Source: Octopus sinensis (taxonomy: Eukaryota). From it: a DNA stretch of 64,000 nt. Under the pieces are notes generated by a model that had not been told where the DNA came from, did no database searches, and was given only the letters and a program-made list of their open reading frames with translations. Made by a program: the position numbers and the translations under genes. The stretch spans positions 2,542,001-2,606,000 of the forward strand of contig NC_043002.1 of assembly GCF_006345805.1 (NCBI RefSeq), written 5' to 3'. Positions 52,061 through 64,000 of the stretch are shown here, one piece after another; the stretch's first letter is position 1; every line of letters starts with the position of its first letter.

Positions 52061-53422
52061 ATACCCATAGAGTCTACTATCAGTGTGGAAATATAGACTG
52101 AAAAACGTTTACTCTGCCATTTTACTGTATCGCCAACTCGTGGCTTCTGTAACAACCACAAACAAGATCGACCTTCAATGACCAAACGAATTTCCCATCA
52201 TTTACATTTCCTGTGCAAAAACGTTTAAATTTCCAAGGTTATCCTTTCTCTGTGTCTGTGTCTGTCTTTATGCTCATTATTTAAACTTATATTCATCATC
52301 TTTTATAACAGGACAACTGTTTGCCATTGTTTTGGATTATTTGTGTCAGATATTGTAGTTTCTGATGTATTTAATGACTTGCAAAGCTGGAACATTGACA
52401 AGCTGTACAAGAATTAATAATCTATATTTATCTAACGTCATGAATTTCTATATAAAACATTCTTGTTAGCAGCTTTAAAGTACAAGTTCGCAGTGTCTTG
52501 GGAAAAGTATTTAATCTGAAACCCATCTTATCTTAACTAATGTTATTTTTAAGTTGCCATTCCATCAACAGCAACTCTATTCCAAAGTTGTTTACTTACA
52601 ATCTTCAAATGTAGATAGGTTTTTGTTTTTGTCTTCTTACTTCCCTGTGAGATCAGATCACGTGAGTCATTCCCAGCTGAAAAGTCTATCATAGTTTTTA
52701 AATGTTCACCTTGCTTACGATGTTATTTTAAAATAGCATCAACTATTTTTTCTTAATTACACTTTCGCAAATCTAAACGTATCAAGAGGTTTGATCTGAG
52801 ACTGTGTATTTAAACAACTTCCGTGGCATTTAGATTGAGTCATAATGCGATTATTAATCCTACGCATTAAGGACATTTTTCGATAATCAAAAAACCTCAA
52901 ACGTTTGTCTCAACTTCAAAATATTATTGACCTCAGTATTTTACTGGTACATACTTTATCAATTCTGAAAAGAAAACTGAAGAATTCACTTTAGACTGTA
53001 GTTTACGGATAGACGACAATTAACGTTTTAAAAAATGGAATTTGTCCTTGCTTCATTTTTAAATGAAATGCAATTACGTTAATGACTTTCGGTTAAAGAA
53101 TAAAAATATAAAACATGTTATTGGGTTTTGTTTTTCGTTCGATGTCCCACGTTTATTATTCACTTGTTAAGCAGGTCTGATAAGAACGGCTTTAACATCA
53201 CAATTTGTTTTTTCTTTTCTCTGATATATATCAAAACATGTAACTTTAGGTGAAAGGAATAAAAAAAGAAGTCGTCGAAACATTCATGCCTTTCCAAAAT
53301 GCTTTAACAAGTTAAGCGACGAGAAAAAGAAATAGAAATAATTACAAAAATTAATCAAAATATCAGATTCCCTTTCACTGTAAGAATAGAGTTGTGCGAT
53401 TTTAATATTTTCAACGTCATAA

Positions 53423-54920
53423 AGCGGTGAGTTGGCAGCAACGTTAGCACGTCGAGCGAAATGCTTAGCAGTATTTCGTCTGTCTCTACGTTCTGAGTAC
53501 AAATTCCGCCGACGTTGACTTCGCATTTCATCCTTTCGGGGTCGATAAAGTAAGTACTATCAGGTCATCCCCTAAGTTCTGTCCGATTTTACCTTTTTTT
53601 AAACTGAATGAAATATAATAGTATTTTAGAATGTCAAATGGAATTTAAATTTATTTTTATGCATTTGTGTACATTTACACTAATTGAATATTATTTTACA
53701 GAATAATATAATTAAAATTTCTTTGATTAAAAACCTTTCTAACATGGAAATATTCAAAGAGCATTTAAGGCACATAATGCTTTATCAGTACAAAAAAGGA
53801 AACCCCGCAGCCGAAGTGACTCGAAGCATACACTCAGTTTATGGGAAAGAATGCTTGAAAGAAAGAACTTGCAGAAGATGGTTTGCAAAATTCAGAAGTG
53901 GGGATTTCAGCCTTGAAGATGAAGATCGAACAGGACGTCCAGTTGAGTTTGATGATAAGCTCCTTGAGGCATTACTTGAAGAAAAACCTGCATTATCAGT
54001 TGAAGAATGTGCAATAAAGTTTAGTTCAAACCATATAACTGTTTATTGTCATCTTCAACAACTTGGAAAGGTTCGCTAAACTTGGAAAATGGGTGCCTCA
54101 TGAATTGTCCGAAAGCAACCGCAAATCCCAAGTTGACATCTGCTCTTCTCTCCATTCTCGCGAACTAATTTCACCCGTTTTGGATAGACTTGTGACTGGT
54201 GACGAAAAATGGATCTTCTATCGAAATGTTAAACGTCGTAAACAGTGGCTTGGTAAAAGGGAAAAATGCTCAACCAAAACCGAGAAGGGAACTTCATGGG
54301 AAAAAGGTTCTTCCCTCTATCTGTTGGGATTGCAAAGGAGTAATTCACTTTGAATTGTTCCTACCTAATGCAACAATCAATGCTCAAGTCTACAGTCAGC
54401 AATTAGAGTGTTTGAACCAAAGCTTTGAAAAAAGGACCCGCTTTAGTAAATTTAAAAAGAGTGATGTTTCATCAGGACAATGCGCTACCCTACACTGCAA
54501 AGATCACATCACAGGAGATTGAAGAGCTTGGTTGGGAAAAATTCCTTATCTACCTTATTCTCCTGACCTTGCTCCTTCAGACTACCATTTGTTTCGTAGT
54601 TTACAGAATCATTTGGAGGACATAACTTTTGCAAGCCAGGAGGAGGTCGAAACTGACATTTCTGAGTTCTTCACTTTGAAACCAAGAGTTTTACATTGAT
54701 GGGAGTAAAAAGCTTGTAAATAGATGGAAGGAAGTCATAGATAATCAGGGAAAGTACATTGATGATTAAATTTCAATTAAATATAACATTTGATCACTTA
54801 TTTTCTTTATTCACAACTCAGACAGAACTTATGGGATGACCTGATAGCTGCGTACTGAGGTCAATCTAATCAACTGGCCCCCTCCCCAAACATTTCAGGC
54901 CTTTTGCCTAGAGTAGAAAA
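53423..54920 (+). mobile_element. SINE interrupted by a mariner insertion
   Basis: The SINE body runs to ...gtcgataaagtaagtac (53557) and resumes after 54846 (gctgcgtactgaggtcaatctaatc...cctagagtagaaaagaata). Confidence 0.8.
53560..54844 (+). mobile_element. Full-length mariner (DD34D) with frameshifted transposase
   Basis: TIRs tcaggtcatcccctaagttctgtccgattt / cagacagaacttatgggatgacctga with TA duplications. WVPHEL, VTGDEKW, HQDNA, YSPDLAPSDY; 34 residues between the 2nd and 3rd Asp. Confidence 0.93.
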
Positions 54921-57759
54921 GAATATTTTCAACGACATGAGTAAAATCTTGAACTAAAGTTTCAATATAAACATTTTGCAATAAATCTGCCACATCATAT
55001 TTCTGCTTCAAAACCCAGATTTTAATTCGGTTCTACCTTCAAGTCAGTAGATTAACGAATACTTTCGTCATAATTGAGAACATATGTTAACAAGTTTACT
55101 AAAATATTTGTTGACAGACTTGCTGTTAATTATATATTAACATTATATATTAATTACTGTAGCATATTTCTCACTCCTGGAGTCATTCTGGCAAACCGTT
55201 TAGTCTACAGTCGGTATTTAATCCAAATAACGGAGGTCATTTTAGTAGAGTTAAGACCCTGTTCAACAGATTTCTTGGCATCAGTAAACTAGTGGCACGC
55301 ATAATATATTTATTTCTTTATCGCCCACAAGGGGCTAAACATAAAGGGGACAAACAAGGACAGGCAAAGGGATTAAGTCGATTACATCAACCCCAGTGCG
55401 TAACTGTCACTTATTTAATCGACCCCGAAAGGATGAAAGGCAAAGTCGACCTCGGCGGAATTTGAACTCAGAATGTAACGGCAGACGAAATACTGATAAG
55501 CATTTCGCCCGGCACGCTAACGATTCTGCCAGCTCACTGGGCACACATAATATAATGGAAGCCTTAATGCTTTCCTCGGAAAGAAAATCCCAGTTTTGCT
55601 AACGTCAGTTTATTTCATCATTTTTTCTTTATTTTCTGCCGTGATATATTTTCATTGTTGTTTTCAACAACGAGACTTTCTTTATCCGATCAACATCCAC
55701 TTCATATCCGTCTTAAATGTATTTAATTAAAAATCCAGGAAGCATCAGGTGTTAATGAATATTCAAAAGTTAACTGATAACAACCAGATCCAAATGCGAT
55801 GACGAAACACTCCAGTACGCCATTTGTTTTGTTTTTTTTCCTTCCAGTTTTTATTAAACCTTTATTCACAAAATGCCAAGACGAGGCATTTTAAACATAT
55901 TCAATACTATATGATACCGTTGTTGTTTTTATATATTTTATTCAAAGTAAATTACAAGAGCTTCGAAATTATTAGTCACGAACCTTTTGATCAAATAATA
56001 CTGAAATCACTAAAAGCTGTTCACAACACTCTAATGAGAAAAAAAGATTTCAGGTTGATAAAGCAGAAAGCATATCAGCAGCAGGTAATCCTGTGATTAG
56101 CTGCATACAGACATCATTCAACGGACATTCCCCGTCACTTGGCACCTGATTATTATATAATCAGTTAATAAATCATTATCATTTTAGCGTATTTAATTAT
56201 AGATCAGTGGACATGAAATCCTCGTGTGCATGCGATGAAGACATGGCGGAAATATTTCGGTAAAACATGTCAGTGAAAGCGGCCATCTTCCTCGAGTATC
56301 ATGACAATATCTGCTAAACTACTATAATATTCCATATAAGGAGCGAAACATAAAATTCGAACCATCAACCAATATTAAGCTGCCCTAACATCTAATCACA
56401 TCTAAAAGTACTTTTATTTTAATTTTCTTTCTATTCCCTCTTTAGATTTTATTCTTAACTTCCTGCCATTCCTTCCATTTCTGCTACCATATTCTAACAG
56501 ATGCTTCATAACACTCGACAAAATTAGAAATTAAATCTATTCCAAATACTATTTTGGGGGTTTCGATGTCCCATATTTATTATTCCCCCGTTAATCAGGT
56601 TTGTCAGAAAGGCATGAACATCCCTTGTCTTTTCTTCTCATCGAAAATATGGATTATATCATAACATATAACTTCAGGTGGAAACAATGCAAGAAATGAG
56701 GGGTTGAAGCATCCACGACTTTTTACAATGTCTTAGCAACTTGACGGAAGTTAATTGGCCGGAAACGGAAATAGAAACCAATAGTCAAAATGCGGGAATT
56801 TACTTTCACTGTATGGAGTTGGGATTTTTACATTCTTTGACCATTGAAGTAGATCCAAAAAAGGGTCTGTTATAAACATTTAACTATAATACGGCCACAT
56901 CACATTTCTGACTCAAGACGTGCATTTCAATTCCATGCTTCCATCAAATCGATCGATTAAAAAATATTCCTTTAAAGGTTTCTACTAAAAACGTCAGTAA
57001 ATGGACACAAGATTATTGTCCGTTTAGTGTTCCATATTTTAAGAAATCGTCTTTTATTTCTTCCTGCTTCTAGCTTAATCCACTTTAGTCGTTTAATCCG
57101 AATAATAGTCATCTTAACAGAGTTAACATCCAGTTGAACGTCTTTGTTAGTTTTAGAAAGTTTGAAAAAGTAGTGGCATAAATATTGCAATGGACTTCTT
57201 AATGGTTTCCTCTTGAAGGAACTAGCATTCTTGTTTACATCAATTCATTTATTATTTCATCGTTTCTTGAAACAATACTTTCTGTGTTTCTTGCCTGACC
57301 TTCACCCACTTTTCTCATTTTTGCAACAACGTTACTTTACTTTTCTTTTCAAGGAATATCTCTTAACTTTTATTTCTCTTTGTCTAACTGTCACATGTTG
57401 TAGTCCACATTATCATTCACTGTTCCCTACGCTTTCAACTCTTTTCCTTTTTTTCTTCAATTATATTTCGGTTGCCTCAACTCTAATGTTTTTGAATTTA
57501 CTCCAAGATTGTCTTGTATCGGTTTTGTGACATTTAACGTGATATAACCATTCTTAAGGTTTAACAGATTTAATTCTTTGTTAATAATTTGTTATGAGTT
57601 AGTTTTATTTTGTTAGCTGTCTTCACCGCGAGGCTATTTGAAACCGTGTATACCGATGTGAACACACGTGAATCTCGAATAGAGTTTATACGCCAATGTG
57701 ACCATGGAGGCCTTCCACTGTATAAATACACATATATGTGTGTACGTGTGTATTAACAC

Positions 57760-57960
57760 GCCACAGACCTTAGCATAGTTCTCAGGGAGATTCAGCAACG
57801 GAATGTGACGAGGCCGACCCTTGTGAATTACAAGTACAACGCACCTTTGCCAGCCGTGTGGACCGGAGCAGCGTGAAATAAAGTATTTTGCTCAAGGACA
57901 CAACGCGCTGCTGTGAATTGAACTCACGAACTTACGATAGTGATCCGGATACTAAGCTAC
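57760..57960 (+). mobile_element. SINE 3' part (same family orientation as 24030-24250 read on +)
   Basis: gccagccgtgtggaccggagcagcgtgaaataaagtattttgctcaaggacacaacgc. Confidence 0.6.
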
Positions 57961-57976
57961 TCATTTTCACTTTGTA

Positions 57977-59874
57977 TTGGTTCATCCCATAAATAATGCG
58001 GTTTTTTATACTTCTTTTATTTTTCAAAATTAAGATAAACAGGTTTCTTTTTTAATCTAAAATATACTCTCCTTCATTTTCTACAATACTCTTCCATCAG
58101 TCTGGTACTTTTAAGGCCCCGCTTCCAAAATGCATTTGTCTGAGACAAAAAATTCTCCTCTAGTACTGATCAGACATCGTCTACAGAATTCATATTTTTT
58201 CCATCCAAATGATTTTGACGACTGCGCAATAAATGACAATCAGATGGAGCAATGCCCGGTGAATATGGTGGGTTGGGTATCGTTTCCCATTCAAACTGTT
58301 CCAGCCTTTGGAATGTCATCATCACTGCATGTGGCCGCGCGATTAGATTCGGAAAGTTTGTGAGGAACCCATTGACCCAATTTGTTGACTTTTCCGATGG
58401 CACGCAGGTGTCGATGATTGGTTGAATGACCAAATTCGAGCTTCTCTGCTAGTTTTTGAACAGATAGGTTAGGATTTTCTTCCACCAGCGTTTGCAGGAC
58501 GTGCTCGCCGAGCTTTACAGATCTTCCTGAACGAGGCTAGTCTTTTTAGCTATAGTTTTCGGTCCGGAATCTCTGGAACCACCGTTGGCACTGGCTCACG
58601 CTCAATGTCCGATCCCCATAGATTGCATTGATATTCCTCGCAGTTTCCGTCGCTTTGTGGCCGTTATTGAACTCATAAAGCAAAATATGACGAATATGCT
58701 TCTTTGTTACTTCCATTATACCTTTGAAACGAATAACTGTTAAAATCGAACTGCACTCTTTAAAATTTGCGCTAAGAATAAGTTGGTTTCGGTCTCCATA
58801 ACCTCTGGGTTCCGTTCCACTTCCTGGGTCCTGCTCTCCACTTCCATTATGTCTTTTTGTGTATCTATTTCTGTGGTTTCCATCGCTTTTTGCGGACACC
58901 TTCTCCTAATATGCCTCTTCTCTCCACACTCGTAACACGTCGGAGGCCTCTCCTCTAACATCACATCTAGTTTGTCCTCATTGGGCAACGTTTCTGGTAT
59001 ACCTTCGCACTCTTTTTGATTCATTATAAAACTTATCTCTACCCCGTACCCCCACCAATTGACTTGTGGGTCCAGTTTATCATTATTATTATTTTCACCT
59101 CTTCGTTGTCTACTTTCTCTCTTGTGGTGAAAATTGCCGCTATTATCCTATCTGGATCGATTCTAGGTGGGAACCTGTCCACCCTAATTCTGGTAACTCG
59201 TTTACCCAGATAAGTGGGCAGAAGTGTCCATTTTTCCCCATGTTGCACCTTAGTGGACTGTCTTTTTTTCTCCTCTTCTGAGACAAAAAAAAAGTAACAG
59301 CCACTGAAGCGTATTTTTTCCCTCTGGTATAAAACATTATGCTTTCCTTTAATCTTTCCAGGCATTCGCCCACCTCATTGCATTCTCGAGTTTCTTAGTT
59401 TCTTAGTTTTTTTTGTTTTTTTATTAGAAAGTTCTATAAATTATCACTCTGCTTTCCATCTTCTCCTTGTCTTCCTCTGGTGGGGGTCTACTTTGTGTTC
59501 GACCCCTCCCTCTTTACCATATATTGATATTTCCAGAGTAGGTCTAAATTACAATGCAGTTCATTTTGTTTCATCGTACCCGGGACGACAGAACCCTGAC
59601 GTCCCGTTGTTGCCGCATAGCTCTTCATTTCGCTCATCCGTCACAGGCCACCAAATAAAGATGGCGCCACAAACAAAAAACTGCTGCAAAGCAGCGCAAC
59701 ACACTCCTCAACACAAAACAATCCTCACAAAACAAACTTGCGCTAAGAATAAGTAAAAGGTAAAATTACTACCTGCTTTTATAGCAAGTTGATGCAGGTA
59801 GTTTATCCCATCCCCATCTGGCTTTTAGTTCATGGAAATGTAAAAAAAAACGCATTATTTTTGGGATGACCCAA
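57977..59874 (-). mobile_element. Mariner with internal deletion, interrupted by a 954-bp insertion
   Basis: TIRs ttggttcatcccataaataatgcg / cgcattatttttgggatgacccaa with TA. Transposase KHIRHILLYEF...WVPHKLSESNR is fused to ARPH...PPYSPGIAPSD. Confidence 0.88.
58784..59737 (-). mobile_element. Non-LTR retrotransposon 5' UTR + ORF1 (CCHC knuckle) fragment flanked by a 17-bp duplication
   Basis: PPTCYECGEKRHIRRRCP; ttgcgctaagaataagt at 58767-58783 and 59738-59754. Confidence 0.75.
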
Positions 59875-59889
59875 TACATGCATGTGTGT

Positions 59890-59954
<65 letters not shown>

Positions 59955-60365
59955 ATACATCATGGTTCAAAGCAATTTCATTCAAACTCCTTGGTACTCT
60001 GAATTTCAAGCGTGTCTGTATTTACAACTCCATTCACTGGCATAAAAACGGAAACCTGGTTTCCATTGTTAGAAATATCACAGACTTCACGTACATTCCG
60101 GTCATGATAAAATGTTATTTACGAGTATTCCACAATCTCTGAATATTTGATAATGTAATCCGCGTATAACAGACATCATCATAAATCAAACGCGTGCAAA
60201 ATGGCGTCACTAAAGAATTCATAAGGAAATCTTGTTTTGCATTACATATATATATGTACACACATACATGGTACGCATGTGCGTGTATCTGTGCATGTGT
60301 GTGTGCGTACGTGTTTATGAGTATATTTATGTGTGTGTGTCTATATATGCAAATATATATATATA

Positions 60366-60761
60366 TACTAACAGTATCGCCCGGCGTTGCTCGGGTTTGT
60401 AAGGGAAATAACTATATAAGCATTTTTAGAGATGTAACGTATAATAGCCATCTCAATATGGCTAACCACAAAGGGGGGTGTTACTGTAGCTTTTTACGTT
60501 CTGAGATTTAATAATAAATTTTTAGAGAGTTACTTCCCTTATATATGCCAAAAATGCATTAAAAATGGGGAAAATTGATGGTAATTTTTCTTTAATCGTA
60601 GACTCATCGTAGACGCGCGCTAATACCCAGAAGGGCTCGATATGAATCACGACTATAAGATACCCGGTTTTGGTTAAACTGCACCGCAAAATGTGGGAGT
60701 GGTTAGGAATCTAAATCGTAGGAGACAGACAGCACACAACCTCTCTTTTATATATAAAGAT
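60366..60761 (+). mobile_element. Non-autonomous Helitron/Helentron-like element
   Basis: Begins tactaacagtatcgcccggcgttgctcggg (5' ACTA..CCCG..CGGG hairpin); ends gacagacagcacac...tttatatataaagat; inserted in (TA)n. Confidence 0.6.
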
Positions 60762-60962
60762 ATATACATTAATACTTTTTTATGTTCAGTTATCAAGAAA
60801 ACAATTTTACATTAACCTGGTAGGTTACTCTGTACTTTTGTACAGCACAAATATATTATTCTTAAACAAGGATATTATTGACAGTGACAACGAGGTTTCG
60901 ACCAGTTAAGTCAACGTCGAACTGGCGGATATATACAGATATATATGCGTGTGTATGTATGC

Positions 60963-61005
<43 letters not shown>

Positions 61006-61125
61006 ATTAATGAGAGAGATGGAAGATGGAATGGAAGATATGAGGTTTAAACCAGCTGTATAACATACAATTTATTTTCTAATAAACAAGTAAAAAGATA
61101 TATATATAATATATTATATATATAT

Positions 61126-61219
<94 letters not shown>

Positions 61220-62959
61220 TATATATATATAATATATATATATATTATAATATATATATATATATAATATATATATATATACACATATATATATATATAT
61301 ATGCACTTAAAGATTCATTAGATGAAGGTTTTACATATTTTCGGAAGTATATAAAATATATAACTCTGTTTTAATCTTTTTGAGCTTGCAACTTTTGAAT
61401 TTACATCAAAGCAGATAGTTACCGTATAGATCTTTAGAAAATCCGATTCATATTGAATGCAATAGATGTTAAAACCATTACATTAAAAATACCGTGGTTA
61501 ATTGAGGAAGGGAATGTCAGTATATCGTCACCCAATACGAAGTTGCGGTATATGACAAATATCATTTTGACTTATGTGCAGCAATTAAATTCACCGACGT
61601 TCCACGGTGAATTTATGCAACAATCAACTTAACATATTTGATTAGGAGTTGTTAAGTCATGTATTTAGCAAAAATTCCGAATCAGTGAATATATGTTTTG
61701 GAGTATATTGAAAAACAGCAATGGAATCACAACATATGGAAAGTGGATTAATTGAACAGATACCATTCTTCCTAGAGAATTACGGAGTAATTTGTTTCTA
61801 ATGAACCCAATGAAGAAAGAATAGTCAGAGAAAAGATGGCACTAGACAAACTTAGAATTGAAATGAATTAGAGGCATTGCGGGTGGAAATTAAAGAAGAA
61901 ATTAATGAAGAAAAACCGATGGACCACTACTTCGGAACAGCATTAAACTTTTGAGAGAAGAATATGAAATGCAGAAATAACACCGGTTCAAAGGTGGTGG
62001 AGTTGGGGGAGGAATTGGGGTTCAATAATAATGAAACCGAATTTGCAGAGAAATGTAATACTGATAAGTCATTGAAGGAGAAGAAAGAAATTGGCCAGTT
62101 CTATAGGGAAATGGTAAACAGGCAAACAGAGGAACCTGCAGCTGTCAAAGACACAAAAACAATAACATCAATTCCAGTACAGACAAATAACCGTTAATGA
62201 ACATTTAGATTTACGTGCGGAAATAAATTCTCAAAATATCATGTTTTGCCATTGAACCAATATGCCGAGAACAATGGCACTGATGAAATACGGATGATTA
62301 AGAAGAAAGTGTATTTGTTAAGGAAGAGAAAGAGCGCCTGAGCAAAAGTTGCTATGAGACGTCGATCGATGTTAATGTAAGAAGATTTCAAAGAGAAGAT
62401 GAGTAAAGATCATTTGGTTCGCTCTATTCATCATTATCAAAACTTGTGGAATCGTTTGGGAACTTTCAAAGACGATTATAGCTATTTAATGCATTTTCCC
62501 TTTGATCATCTTTACACGTGTAATAAAAGACGCAAGAACATACACACACATATCCACACATAAACACACACACCCCACATACACACATATATCCACCCAC
62601 AAACACGCACACGCTCATATCCAGTTAACGCAACTGAAGCAGTATTTAATTAAAATAGATATTTATGTATCATATCTAAAGTATACACACTATCAATATG
62701 TCAATTACATTTGACTTGCAGTGACAACTTTTCTAGACTTGCAACGTCCGGCAACAGCACCAGATGCATTTCGGCCAATTGAAGCCTTTTCAATGGAACC
62801 TAGTCGCATGCACAAGCGAGAATTCATCGACCTTGATATGGGGCAAATGGAATAAAACGTTTACTGACGTTTTGGATTGATACCCGGATGATTAAAATTC
62901 CAGAATACATAACTGAGGAAGTATTTAATTAAAATAGCCTTTTGTGTATTATACTTAAT

Positions 62960-63278
62960 GTATATACACTGTCATAGACCAGTTACTACAGTAATTGTCC
63001 TGAGAACATCTCGAAACACTCCAATGTAATCGAATATTCTTGACGCATTTTCGTGCAGCGAGTGAGGAGCTGTTTCCTTCGCCATCGTCACTGAAAGAGC
63101 TGAAGCAGATTTTACAAGAAGAATGGCTCAATATTCGTCTACCAGCAGTTCAGGACCTTTATAGATCAATTCCTTTAGGTATTAAAGCCGTGGTTGATGC
63201 CAAAAGTAGACCAAATCCATATCAAATACTAAAACTTCCATTTCGCGAGGTATTTCCATTATAAATGTCCAAACCCTG
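62960..63278 (+). mobile_element. 3' end of a Tc1-like transposon
   Basis: LKELKQILQEEWLNI...DLYRSIP...IKAVVDAKSRPNPY, then TIR-like ttccattataaatgtccaaaccctg. Confidence 0.7.
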
Positions 63279-63379
63279 TTTATCAAACATTGTGCCATCA
63301 TTTTTTGAGTTCTTTGGGGTGTTTTTGTTTGTTTTTGTGTGTATATATATTCATGAAGAAACGTTTTTCATAGCCCCAA

Positions 63380-63917
63380 CAGACAAAATGGAAAAAGACG
63401 TTGCCAAGGAAGATGGCGAGGGAGATGCGCTGGAACAGTCAGTCTTGCTCGCGGGGATCACAATTGCAGACAGCAATTTCTGCCACGATAACGGTGAGCA
63501 AGGATATGGTCCGGGGACCGAGAACGCCGGAGGTTTCAACTGACACAGGTTCGACCGTAAACCGGTTGGAGAGCGACCAATACCTTGGCAGTTTGTTTTT
63601 CTCAGCCTGACGAGAAGCAGAGCCGGGGCTGGTTTCTGACAACACCAAGTTGCCGCTGGAGAAGGTGTCACAGTGGTGTGGCATCTCAGAGGAGGAGCCT
63701 ACCGCCACGGAAAGGGAAATTGTTACACCCTCCGGCCTTTCACTATCCCCTCCGTTTATCCCTGCTGCCTTCGGCTGGGAACAGAGACCTGCGGCGTCTA
63801 GGCCCTGCTTTCCGATCTTGTTAGGGGTGGCATGGCGTAGAAGCCGACCAGCACTATGGGGGCAGGGCAGTGGGTGGAGGCTGAAAGAATCCGCGGCGGC
63901 ATTCACCAAGCTCACAG
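63380..63917 (+). mobile_element. GC-rich fragment, possibly decayed non-LTR ORF1 region
   Basis: Sharp GC/CpG rise. aaaagacgttgccaaggaagatggcg resembles the RRCPQKAM end of the knuckle at ~58880; no intact long ORF. Confidence 0.35.
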
Positions 63918-64000
63918 GTATATGTATATGTAGGTGCGTGTTTATGTACATACATACATACATACATACGTACAATTATATATACATACATACATGCAAT

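Noticed and set aside
61650-62200. A-rich coding-like stretch (ORF 61964-62197)
   Set aside because: Multiple stops and no recognisable motif; it cannot be assigned.
63391-63917. Large host exon (AG at ~63380-63390, GT at ~63918)
   Set aside because: All plus frames contain stops; it is more likely a retroelement ORF1 remnant.

Overview
Eukaryotic, AT-rich, repeat-dense DNA with no confidently identifiable host gene. The SINE, mariner and microsatellite repertoire resembles an octopod cephalopod genome (inferred from recalled repeat families, not from a search). The window is a mosaic of microsatellites ((TA)n, (CA)n, (CATA)n, (GATA)n, (GAA)n, (AAT)n, (GGT)n) and tRNA-derived SINEs. It also holds decayed Tc1/mariner transposons, LINE fragments (CR1/L2-group, RTE, R4/Dong-like RLE), a Helitron-like non-autonomous element, and a Penelope-like element (PLE) with RT + GIY-YIG. 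The most notable signal is a set of minimal type I hammerhead ribozyme (HHR) folds from at least four different sequence families. Several sit in fold-back (inverted-duplication) structures of about 100 bp, 570 bp, 2.1 kb and 4 kb. The largest is a ~4 kb palindrome (31803-35850) of non-coding, strongly strand-skewed tandem subrepeats with an HHR near each outer end. Other oddities: a 5'-intact, 3'-truncated ORF1-only insertion with a 17-bp target duplication inside a mariner; internally deleted R4-like and RTE-like elements; a 41-bp apparently templated patch in a mariner; and a duplicated SINE. Most short ORFs in the track are microsatellite artefacts. Frequent single-base dropouts in (TA)n runs and homopolymers suggest long-read consensus errors, so some frameshifts and arm differences may not be real.
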